DNA from: Lama guanicoe
Taxonomy: Eukaryota
Direction: 5' to 3'
DNA length: 64,000 bases
Assembly: GCA_013239625.1 (NCBI GenBank)
Contig: MU054338.1
Span: 2,854,977-2,918,976, forward strand
Part shown: one piece after another, positions 12,301-24,300 of the stretch
Numbering within the stretch: the first letter of the stretch is position 1
Layout of the letters: each line of letters begins with the position of its first letter
The notes under the pieces: generated by a model
The model's input: only the letters and a program-made list of their open reading frames with translations
Databases searched by the model: none
What the model was told of the DNA's origin: nothing
Program-made: the position numbers and the translations under genes

Positions 12301-15300
12301 CAAGTGTGACGGCGAAATCAAGGGATGACCGGGAACCTGCGGGCGCTGTGATGGCCAGACAGCCTGAGACAGCAGCCTCCAGCATCACACACTCAGCTTT
12401 CTAGTTTATCTGTTTACCTTTCAGGAGTGCTGGATTTCCTGGTTGGTTAATACCTAACTCTGACACGTTTCCCTGCCATGTGGTTGGTACCTAACTGTAG
12501 CACCTTTCCCTGCCGTGTGCCCCTTTTTCCTGACCCCGTTACTGTAGAGAGCACTTCTGTTTTTCCTTCCTCCCTCTCCACCTCCTCCTCCTCTCCAGAT
12601 TGTAGGCAGAAACTTGTTGAAAGCTCACAGATTGTTTCCTCTTAACCATGGCATAGATTTGGTTTTTGTTGGGCTCAGTTAGTCCTGGACCAGGTACTGA
12701 GAAATCAAGCCCCCAAGCATTTACTGGTCCCCAGTGTGTGCTTTTTCTAGGGGAACTGGGTGTGATGCGGGTCCTACTGTCTCATCCCAGGGAGTGCAGG
12801 ACAGCATCCCCCGAGAGAGCTTTATTTTGTTTTGTTTTGTTTTGTTTGGAGTACTCTCAGGTATCTAGAGAGTCTCACTTTGAAAAACAATTTAGGAATA
12901 CCTTTTTAAGATAATTCAGGGCTCTCTTCTGTTGGTGCTTAGCATCAGAACTTTTTACCACCTAGGCTAGAACCATTTCTCCAGTTTGCTTGCAGTTAAA
13001 TGTGTAATTTAGCCTACATTGTTGATGACTCAAGATTATTGTTCCATAAAGGGCTGTGTGGTTAGTGGTGTGACTGGAATCTATGCCTCACCTTTGTACA
13101 CATGAGCCCGGATTGCTGGAATTTTCCCAGATAATTTAAATTATACGAGTACTAAATTCTTCGTGTTAAAAGAAAAATCACTGAAACATTGCAGCTCCCT
13201 CTGGCTTTTTTCTGTCTCCTAGGCGGCCACTGTTGTCAGTCATAGTCCTCTGGTGCTTGTGTGAGCAATCCCTGGGAATACACAGTATCATTTTGTTTCC
13301 TTACATGAGCCATGATACCGTAAACATGTTTCTCTTTCATTCCAGGGTGTCTTAGCTATGTTTCACATTGGGATGGGAATATCTGTCTCTTTTAACTGCT
13401 GTATCACGTGCTGATGGTGCGATGGTGTGGATGTACTGCAGTTTGCACAGCCATTCTTACTGGATGGATGGATATTTCTCTTGTTGCTAATTCTCGGTCT
13501 TGACAGACAGTAGTTGCCATGAGCTTCCTTGGGCTGCTGTTAAGCAGAACTGCAGGCTCACAGGAATGGGCGTGTGGGTTCGGCTGCTTGCAGTCCCCGT
13601 ATGGCTGGGCCTGTCCTCAGCCACCTCTCCTCACCTCAGCTGCTGAGACTTACTTGCTCTGGGCTTAGAAATTAGATCTCCTTACGTGTCACATCAGAGT
13701 GAGTGGGCTCTAGGATTCTTCTGAATAAAGTGCAGGAATTTTATTGCACAGACATAGTCATATCTGCCTTGACTCTTTGGAATGGTTGATGTGTGTGTGT
13801 TTCAGCTTTATTCTGGGATCCTGAATCTTGTTTTTGGTGGCCAAGTTCCAGATAGGTCAACTGTGGCCCATATTTTGAGAGAGTTCTATAAATACTTGGG
13901 CCATGTGTCAAGAAGATAAAATATCCATTCAGTAAGTTCCATCTAGATGTCTAGTAAAGCAAGAGAGATACTGGTTTTAAATCATAATTGCTCTGGTTGT
14001 TGGATATCATTAAGGCAGCTTCTGGTGGTCATGTTACCTCCATTGCTCCTGGACTCACAGCAGAGGGGAAGCATTATAAAAGGCACTGATTCTGCAGCTG
14101 AAATTCAGCAAGTATGGGCAAGACTAAACAAATGTGTTTTCGTCCCCAAATATTCTCATATCGCGGTCTGGCAGTCACATTTGGTGCTATCATCTTTGAA
14201 CACAAAGGACAATGACATAGACACAGCAACTTAGACTCCTGCCATTAAATCCTTTATTGTGGGGGTGAAGTCCAAGTTGGTTGGCAGAGTGGATTCTGGA
14301 GAGGCAGATACTTCCTTCGAAGCTCTTGGTGAGACTGCGCTGGTAACTGGTGTTTCTGTCACGCCTGCCCGGTGAGACGGGGCTGCGTGTTCTGCCAGTC
14401 ATATGGCTTTCATGCCTGTGAAATGTGTGGCTGTGCTTGGCCCTCTCTTGAGGGAAGGCTTAGTTCAGAAAGAACTCAGGGCATCGCAGGTAAGAAGGAT
14501 GTCTTAATCTGTGAGTTTTTTTCAGTAGGAAGTCTTAGTCAGGTCTGAGTCTTTCCCAGTAGAGAAATCACTGTTTTTACATAGTTTTGATGGAATGTCA
14601 GACCATTTCAAAAGAAATGGGCTTTTGGTTTTTCAGCTCAGCTTGTCTCATCTTTTGACTGCTTCCCCAAGTCTACAATGAGCCTCGATATGTATGTCTT
14701 TCCGGCCTGAATTCTCCCCATTGCTCTTCCAGCGAGTGCTTTGGTTACTAGGATTCCTGCTCTGGAGATAGCTTAGGCCTGGAGTCTGGACTCCTCGTTC
14801 GTGTTCCTACCTGAGACCATCTGGCCAGCATGGCGAGTGAGTCCAGCTGTGCATCTCAGTCAGTCCTTGCAGCTCACACTCAATCCATTTTGCAGAGGCG
14901 ATAGAGACTGCTGTGCTCCAGGATGTAGGGTTCTAGAGCAGATCGCCGCCTCTGGCAAGCTGACCTTTTCTTCTGGGCATTCACTCTGTGTTCTAAAAAG
15001 CAGAGCTGTGCTGGGCAGGGAGTACAAATTGGTGGCCGATGGGAATCCAGCCTGTAAACATGTCTTTTCTTGATTCACACGGTGGTGATCTTTAGACATT
15101 ACAGGCAGACTGCCGAGATAGTGCGGGTTAGGTTCCAGACCCCACAATGATGCAAATATTGCAGTCAGGCGATTTGTTGGTTTCCCAGTGCATATAAAAG
15201 TTATGTTTATGCTGTACTGTCGTCTATAAAGTGTTATGTCAGAAAAAAAAGGACATACCCTGTAATTTACAAATAAAGTAATTTACAAATACTTTATTAC

Positions 15301-18300
15301 CAAAAAGAAAAAAAACGCTGTTGTCTGAGCCTTCCACAAACTATAATCTTTGCGATAGTAACATCAAAGATCGCTGACCACAGATCACTGCAACAAATGA
15401 ATAATGATGAAAAAGTTTGAAATACCGTGAGAATAAAATGTGACACAGAGACACACAGGGAGCAAATGCTGTTGGGAAAATGGCGCCAATAGACCTTCCT
15501 GACGCATTGTGGCCACAGACCTTTAGTTTGTGGGGGGGAAAATAAAAGTGTCTGGGAAGCACAATAAAGCAAGGTGTGCCTGTGCTTACAGAATTCACAG
15601 AAAATTCCCACTGTCAGCCTCCTGGGAAAATCGGAAGAGGCAGCAGTAAGACCCCATCCTCTTCAGACAGGGCGAGTCCTTCAGTTGGCTACAGAACTAC
15701 CACTGTGTTGTCTCCCTGACACCAAGGCTGCTGGCTGTGGCTTCTGCTTTCCAGCTAGGCCTCCTTCATTTTTATCATCTGCCTTCTGGTCTCTCCTTTT
15801 ATCCCCAGATGCACACAAGTGCACATTCATTGGAGATTATGACCCACCTAAGATGTTTTGGTTCTGTTCAGTGGAAACTGGTCACCTGGAAAGGTTTTCA
15901 CTGTTCTTACATTGCAAAGATCTTAACAGCGTGGGTCACTGTTTCCTCCTTCCCCTCCCCAAGGACTATGCGGTATTTAAATGTGTTAAAGTGATTGAAA
16001 CAACCCATATTTACAGATAAATGTCTTTCCTTTCAGATAAGTAAGAAATTGGTCAAAGACTCTGCAGAGAAGAACAAGATGAGATTGCAAAGAGTAAGAC
16101 ATTTCCCCTAAAATAGAAAGTTCCCCTGCTGTGCTTTTGGCGGTACATAGGAAGCAAAGCCTTTGCCCTTCTTTGGCCCAGTTTTCACTTTCCCTTGCTT
16201 GTCCTGAGCATCATTTTGCGTCTTGCTTCATTTTACATAACTGGGCCTCGTGCTTGTGGATTGCATCATTTTTAGCTTTGCTAAATCCTAAGGTTTTGCG
16301 TGTAGTGTTTTCTAAGCTTTTATTACAGTGAGTACTGTCTTAATAGCTGGGCATCCTATTGTAGTTTAAAACTTCCTTAAAAAGGGCGGGGAGGGTGGAG
16401 CTCAGTGGTAGAGCGTGTGCTTAGCATGCATGAGGCCCTAGGTTCAATGCCCAGTCCCTCATTAAGTAAGTAAATAAATAAATGAATAAACCTAATTACC
16501 TCCTCCTCTCCCCAAACAAACAAAAAATTGCCTTAGAAAGAACCCCATCCGTCTCCCTGCACCCCAGGCTCCTGCACACAGTTTGAAGTTCAGTTCCTTC
16601 CCAGGTGCTGTGCTTTTCGGTGTTCCCTACGCCAGATGGTAGATTAGTGTTTAGTGGTTCCCTGCTGAGTCTTCGATTCTGGTCTCTGGAGGGGGGTCAC
16701 CAAACTTCACACACAGCAATGCAGGGGCCTTCTTTCTTACTGGGTGAAGAGCAGAGAAGGCCATGGACTTCTCCCTCGCCAGCTCATGGAAGGGGTGCCT
16801 GTGACAGTTGGCTGAGTATTCACCAGGTGCTTCCAGTGCTGTCTGCCTTATGGCTGCGTTTGATTTTTGTGCGTTTTGGTATTTTGATGGCTCTTTTAGA
16901 GTTTATCTCACTCTTCATTGGAATTTCAGAGATAGGCATCTGCAGGGCAAGGGGTAAGGAGGGGCTCGGATGTGGCTAAAAAGTTCTGATTTACACATGA
17001 TTCCAGAAGCCTTTTGTCCTCTTAGTTAGCAGTGGGGAGACTCCTCCCTGCCCTGCGCTCGCAGTGCTGGTCTCGTTACTCAAGTTACTCTATCAGACCA
17101 GCCCCTTCTCCAAGGACCCCACGTGTCAAGTGCGGAGGGTACTTGGCAAGGACGTCTGCAGATCTCCAACCACATGCCTCATGGCTTTTGTGAAAGGGAC
17201 CAGAGGTTGATCAAGCTAAAGAGCAGGATATTCTCCAGGGACAAGAGCATAATCACAGGCCCAGACCGAAAGCTGAGCTGTGAGGCTCCTGCCAGGTGGG
17301 AAGCCATCATTGATGATGTCAGTCCTTGAAACTCACCCGGTGCTGTGTTGGAAGATGACGCCCTTCCATCCTGGAGGTGACACTTGTTCAATGTGAATTC
17401 TAATAAGTCAGTGCCCTGGGCCACATATGAATTCTGTGGATGTGATAAAATGAGATGTTCCCATTTTAAAGACTATCAAAGAAACTGGCAGTTTCCTCCT
17501 CCTGGTGGTGAAACAGCACTACTGTAGTCATAGAGATCACTCCTGGCCCTTCCTAACATTTGATCTTCTTTTCAGATTCTGAGAAGTCTTTGTTTTGTTT
17601 TTGAGAAATGGTTTTAAAGATGAAAAGAATTTTTTTTTGCTTTTATTCTCTATGTGTTCTCATTTGTTTCCCCAGTGTTAAGATTTACTCATCAGATTCC
17701 CCATCCTTGCCTGATTCCACTCTCTCATTTCAAGAGAAGTAAAATAAACCCTATTGTCTGGTATAGTTTTGGGGGGACGGGAAGGAAATTGTTTTTGTTT
17801 TGAAGGTAGGCAAAACCTGTGGGTGTTTTTGTGTCTTCATTTTGCCAAGGTATTCTGATAAATTAAGTGCCGTTCAGACCTCACAGCGGGTACTCTGCGT
17901 AAGTGGCCCAGAGGTACTTATTTAATCTTTTTTAGTTCAATAAAAAATGACCCTCATCCTATGTGAAGATGGTGTCTTAAAGGAAGGCCCTGTGGTGTCG
18001 GCTAATTCTCATCACCCTTCTCACAACAGAATGAAGTGTAATGGACTGAAAGCTCACTGCTGTGAGGACAGTGGCCGCAGGCCTCTCCCGGGGCTGGCTC
18101 CCTAGTGCTCCCCCTGCTGTTTAGTGTGGCTATCCTCGGGGCGGCTGCCAGGCTGAGCTGTGGCTGGTCTCTGTGCAGGACAAGGAGCGCCTGGGCAAGC
18201 AGCTGAAGCTCCGGGCCGAGAAGGAGGAGAAGGAGAAGCTGAGGGAGGAGGCCAAGCGGGCCAAGGAGGAAGCCAGGAAGAAGAAGGAGGAAGAGAAGGA

Positions 18301-21300
18301 GCTGAAGGAGAGGGAGCGGCGGGAGAAGCGGGAGAAGGACGAGAAGGAGAAGGCGGAGAAGCAACGGCGCAAGGAGGCGCGGCGCAAGGAGCGCCAGGAG
18401 GCCCTGGAGTGCGTGCCCCTGCCCCCCGTCCCCTGGGGCACCCCTGGGTCCCCCCTGCGCCTCCACGCGGCGCCCGTGTGGGGCGGCTGGAACTGAGTTT
18501 CACGTTCACAGGGCTAAGCTGGAGGAGAAGCGGAAGAAAGAAGAGGAGAAACGGTTGCGAGAGGAAGAAAAGGTAGAATATTCTTCCAAAACGTGCGCGT
18601 TCCCATGTGCTTGAGCAGCGGGGGTTTTGCCGGATTGCTCAGCGTTGGTTCCCTGGGTGGTGGGAAGCCAAGGCCCCCAGGGACTGACACGTGTAAGTAG
18701 GCCCGTTCTCTTGTTGGCCTGTCATGTGCCTGCTGCTGGACGTCCCGGGCCCTCTGCCCACAAGAGTGGCCCTGACCCTTTGAGGTTGCCTGGTACCTGC
18801 TTGTGGGCTGATGGGTTTTGAGAGCTAACATCAAAATGATACTTTCAACTTAAAAATGTTTAGGGTTCAGTTCTAGAGGCTTTTACGTGTTTTGCATGTT
18901 TCTCTTCATTCTTTCTCATCCTCTTCTCTTAAATTGCAGCGCATTAAAGCAGAGAAGGCTGAAATCACGAGGTTCTTTCAGAAACCAAAGACTCCACAGG
19001 CCCCCAAGGTGAGCAGCTGGCTTCCTCTGGCTTTACTCGTGGTCTCTGTCGGGCTCTTCCTTTTGAAAAAATAAAAGGATATCTTTGAACTGCTGGCTCT
19101 CCTTTCATCCAGAGGGACCTCCGCTTGCCCAGGGAGCTTTGATCTCTGGTCGCATCTGGAGGCTCATTGTCACTCACCACGTCCCAAAGACGCAAAAAGT
19201 GGCACATGTGCGAAAACTTCCAAGTGTGTAGACGTTGCTTCATGAGCAGTTTTGTGCTGGGAGCTGTGTGGAAAGGTGTGAGTGAGGAGTTTCTGCTCAG
19301 ATAGGAGACCAGGCGTGGAACAACCATGTAGGATCCAGCACAGAATTCTGCCTCCCCGTCTGCCACCCAGTCAGCGTCTAACCAGCCTCTGCTGATGGAG
19401 CACCCAGACCTCCGTCCCCTTCCTCTCCTTGCTCCAGAGGTAACTCATCTCCAACGCAAGGGTGTCCTTCCAGATCTTCTTCTGGGCATTTACATCCCTT
19501 GGTGTACTTGTGTATTTATGCACATGACAAACTAAGAAGTTACTGTGTTACCACTCTGTTCACTTAGCTGTATTTTGGATTCTTGCCACGGTGGCCCTTC
19601 TTCATTCTTTCTTGTTGCCACACAGCGTGTCCGGGTGTGGGTGGCCTTGCGGCTTACACCCCCTTCCTGTCTTGATCCCCTCTCCAGTAGTGCGTGGATG
19701 TTACCAGTGCCTCTCTGCACTTGCACCTGCTGTAGGACGGCCACCCGGACATGGGCTTGCTGCTGGTCTAGGGACGCACATTCTTGAGGTTGTATTTGTT
19801 ACTGTCCAGGTGCCCTCCCAGCACCGGCTGTGACGAGTTTTCTAGTAATTGTTCTGACCTGACAGGTGAAAAAAACGTATCTTTGCTTCACTTTACGTTT
19901 TTCCTGATTCCCAGTGCAGTTGAACATCTTCTCCTCTGTGTCTGCCATCTTATTTCTTCTATAACTTCCAGGTTCCTATTTCTTACCCATGTTTCTGCAG
20001 TTGTGGCTTTCCCCACCAATCTCCAGTTCTTTACGTAGTCTGGATTTTCATTCTTGGGGCTACACTGCACGGACTTTCTCTCAGCCCGTTCTGTGCCTTT
20101 TGACTTGTTTATGGTATCTTCTCATACAGAAATTTTTCATTTTAATGTGAACATTTTTAATTTTTTATGGCAATGGGTTTTTAGTAGAAAGCCTATAAGG
20201 CTATATATATTCTATCACGGTCATAGACGTTTTCTAGTTGTTTTTTTTTTCAGGTTTTTTTTTTTTTAGCTTAAGCCTTGTTTTTTATGTTTAGTTCCTT
20301 GGCTTAGCTAGAATTCTTTATGCCCATGGCCCTGTTTCCCAAGTGGATACTTGATCTTCCCAGCACCTATTAGTGAAGAGAACAGTCTGCTGGTCCTTGG
20401 CCTCGGCTGCATGTTGGACTCACCAGGAAACTTGAAAACTCACTGGGGCCTGGATTCCATCCCAGAGAATCTGTTGGGCTGGCTTAGGCATTGGGATTTT
20501 GAACAGTTCCCTGGATGGCCCTGCAGAGCGGACACGATAAGGGTGTCAGCCTCAGCTGTTGTTTCTTGCTGGGGTGACAGGCTTGCTTCCTTACGCTCAG
20601 CCTCAGAGATGTCGACTCCTCCTGACCCCCACGTTGTCCACGTGTGCCACCAGCCCTGGGGCCCGCTGACACGGACACTCATGCAGCTGAGGGAGCCCCG
20701 GGGAGGGCACCCCAAATGCAAGGATTACCAAGGACGAGCTTTAGACACAGGCACTGCTTCAGGCTCAGGACAGGCTTTGGTGTGAGATCAGCTCTGTCAA
20801 GCCATCATGTGTTGTAATGGTGTGGCTCTGGGTAAGCTGGTCACCCTCCCAGGTCTTGGTTTCCTCACCTGGACTCTCAGGTCTGGTCTTTAAAAAACAA
20901 AAAATCCAGGTTCACTGGGGTGTACTTTCAGAATGAGGTCTGTCCTTTTCAGGAGTGCGTTTCCAGCATGTCTGTCACCCCAGACGGCTCCCCTGCTGTT
21001 CACCCCCTTTTTCGGCCCCGGCAACTGCTGATGGAGCCTGTGGGCCTGTGGTTTTGCCTTTTCCAGAAACCTGTGTAAATGGCATCACACAGTGTGTGGC
21101 CTATGTGCGTCTCCCTTGACCTGCCAACCTGGGCGACTCTTAAAAGCACTGGCCAAGTGTTCACAGCACCTCGCCGCTGCTGAGTGTGCACCATCACGTC
21201 CCTTCTCCATTTCAGACCCTGGCTGGTTCCTGTGGGAAGTTTGCCCCTTTTGAAATTAAAGAGCACATGGTCCTTGCCCCTCGCTGTCGGACGCCCTTTG

Positions 21301-24300
21301 ACCAAGACCTCTGTGATCGGTTAGACCACCTCCTCCAGCAGCAGAGCAGCGAATTCTCCTTCCTGAAAGATCTGAAAGGCCGGCGGCCCCTCAGGTCTGG
21401 ACCCACCATGGTTTCTAACCGGAACACAGACCTTTTTAACAGGTTAGTGCCCAGGGAGACTGCCGTTTGCCTCTTGGTGAAGTCAGAGAGCCCTGGGTTC
21501 TGGTTCACTGCTGAGTCCTGTGGCCTTGGCCACTCCTTTCCCTCCTGAACTCCATGCTTCATCAGTCCTCTCTCTTCTGGCTTCCATGAACCTCCAGAGT
21601 CTCTCAGGTGCGGTGGCCTTGCTGAAAGCCACAGCGTTTGAGTGCGGGCTGCCTGTCCCACTGCCTGGGCCTCTCACTTTCGTGCCAGCCTCCCTGGAAG
21701 GGCGTCCTTTGTTCTTGCCACGTGTGTGTCCTCCTCAGCCCCACTTCTGTACTTGCTATGGGGCAGCAGCCTGATAGTCCGGTGTCTTCCTCCTTCTTGC
21801 ACTGTGTCCCTGGGATGAATATTAGCTTGCTTTGGGAATAGGGACACTGCTGCAGAGACGGGTGGCCCATCTCTGTAGAGTGTCCAGCCTGCTGCTCTGG
21901 GGGCGGGTGAGTGCACCACAGAAGGGGTGTTCCTGAGTGGGGGTTTCACTCCTCAGCGACATGGTGATCGTGGAGAGCAGCAAAGTGGATGGTGTTCCTG
22001 AAAGGAGGAAGTTCGGCAGGATGAAGCTCCTGCAGTTTTCCGAGAATCACCGACCAGCTTACTGGGGGACGTGGAACAAGAAGACGACAGTCATTCACCC
22101 GAAGGACCCCTGGGCCCAGGACAGGGTAAGCGCGAGCAGTGGCTGACCCTCCTGTGTTTCCTTCTCAGCGTGCTATGGAGTCCATAAGTGTTCCAGCCTT
22201 TCCGCTCTGCCTTTCCCTTCCAACCCTGAAGACAACAATGACCACTGGGTGTTTGTTTTCTCAGGACCTCCTTGACTACGAGGTAGACAGCGATGAGGAG
22301 TGGGAAGAGGAGGAGCCAGGAGAGTCCCTCTCCCACAGTGAAGGGGTGAGCACTTGTAGGTTCTGAGCAGAAGACCGCAGCGGCCCCAGGCCAGTACCCC
22401 TCACAGACAGCATCTGTCTAACCTGCTGAAAATTCCAGCTGGCTCTTAACACCTGCATTTCCAGCTTTTCTTGAAAAACCTTATTTGGTGACACTGACCT
22501 GTCTGGCAGTGGAACCCTCGGGATGGGGCAGGCCCACTCCCTGCTTCACCAGGGCCCCCAGCTGACCGCGGTGCAGCAGGACTAGTTAGTGGGCTCTTGG
22601 CCAGTCCTCACGGTGTCCATAGGCACTACACCTGAAGCGGTAGACTGCGTTTTCTTTCTGAGGTTTTCAGAGATTAAAGCCTTACAGGAAGCGCACGTGG
22701 CTTCCACGGATTATGATCACGTTCACTTCTTTTCCCTCTTTTTGAGGATGATGATGATGACGTAGCAGAGGATGAAGATGAGGACGATGGGTTCTTTGTG
22801 CCCCATGGGTACCTGTCTGAGGATGAAGGGGTAACTGAGGTGAGAGGTGAATGGGGAGGCGTTGGGGCTGGTGCTTGGCTGCTGACCTGGGGGTGGTGAC
22901 GTAGGTCCCAGCCCGCCTCATGGCCGATTCCGCGCGCACCTCGCTCCTCACAGCCTCAGAGGCTCAGCCCAACCCCCCAGCTTTCTCAGCTCTGCCAGGT
23001 GGTGGGACTTTTGGGGAAGCCATCTCTAGGGCTCAGAAGGCCTGCCGGGTTGTGGTGTTTTGGTGGCGGAGAAACGGTGACTGGTGCGATACCAGTAGGG
23101 GGTGATTTTTTCTCAGGGTCAGACTTGAAGGGCCTGGGTTCTTTCTACCTTTCCGGCCAGCGAGGCAGACATGCCTCATGCCCACGGGGTAGCTGTCTTA
23201 GCGAGTGGCATCGGTCTGGGGTGGGAGAGGCCACACATGTGATTTCAGGTTGCTGAGTTGACAGCTCCAGGATCACATGTTAACCAGAGAATCCAGGGTA
23301 GTGTCAGAGGATCACTGGCGAGGTTATCAAAATACCTGTGCCTCTCCAGTGATGGCCGGAGAAGAGGGTGCATTTCAGACCCTGAAAGGGCGAAAGTACC
23401 ACTTACCATTCAACCTGAAAATGCTTTCTGCCTGTTTTGTCACCCGTCAGGGGTCAGAAGAGGGATGACTAGACGTGGTGGGCAGTCTGGGGAGCTGCAC
23501 TGGCCCTGACTCTGTGAATAGCTCTGCCCACTGCGGCATGCTCTCTCTCTCACTGGCCCAGAGGCTGGGACTGCGGGTGCTGGGGAGCAGGGGAGTGGGG
23601 ACCCTGAGCAAGTGTCTGTTCTCTAACCTGCAAGGAGTGTGCTGACCCGGAGAACCACAAGGTTCGCCAGAAACTGAAGGCCAAGGAGTGGGACGAGTTT
23701 CTGGCCAAAGGGAAGAGGTTCCGAGTGCTCCAGCCCGTAAAGATCGGCTGCATCTGGGCGGCCGACAAGGACGGTGGTGCCGACCTGAAGGTGCTGCAGC
23801 AGTTCACGGCATGCCTGCTGGAGACCGTCCCCTCTGAGGAGGAGCCGACGCCCAAGGCCTCTAAGAGAGAGAAGAGGGACCAGCAGAGTGAGTGCCAGCT
23901 CCGGGCGGGATGGAGGGGGCCAGGCTTCCAGCTGCTCCGACGCCCAGGTAGTTCCTAGGCCAGGGGCCGGAGACTTCTTAGTCAAGTGGAGTGATAATTT
24001 AGAAATTCTTTAAAAAATAGCAGAAGCCACCACTTTCTGAGCATGTCTGTCCTTTCTGTGATACAAGAGCAGTGCAGCCACATCACCGACTGGCATAAGA
24101 CAGCACCGGGACCGAGGCCACACACCTCGGTCCCTGGCTCCCCAAAGCCCGGGAGGGCCGTGACAGTCTATCTGAACAAATCCCGCCTTGTGCGGCTTGT
24201 GCTTCCAGAATCTCTTCTGGAGCAAGTTCACCTGTCTTAAATCTACCCATAAAAGGCTACCCGCACTAAACCTACTGTGGTGGTCACTTCGCGATGTTTG

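Noticed and set aside
16388..16455. tRNA-Ala-like sequence
   Set aside because: It is a SINE head: degenerate, with an A-rich tail and TSD, and similar copies occur elsewhere in the window.
18002..18509. Antisense and alternative-frame ORFs over the KER exon (e.g. 154 aa Leu-rich)
   Set aside because: Shadow ORFs of the low-complexity GAG/AAG-rich CHAF1A exon 5.
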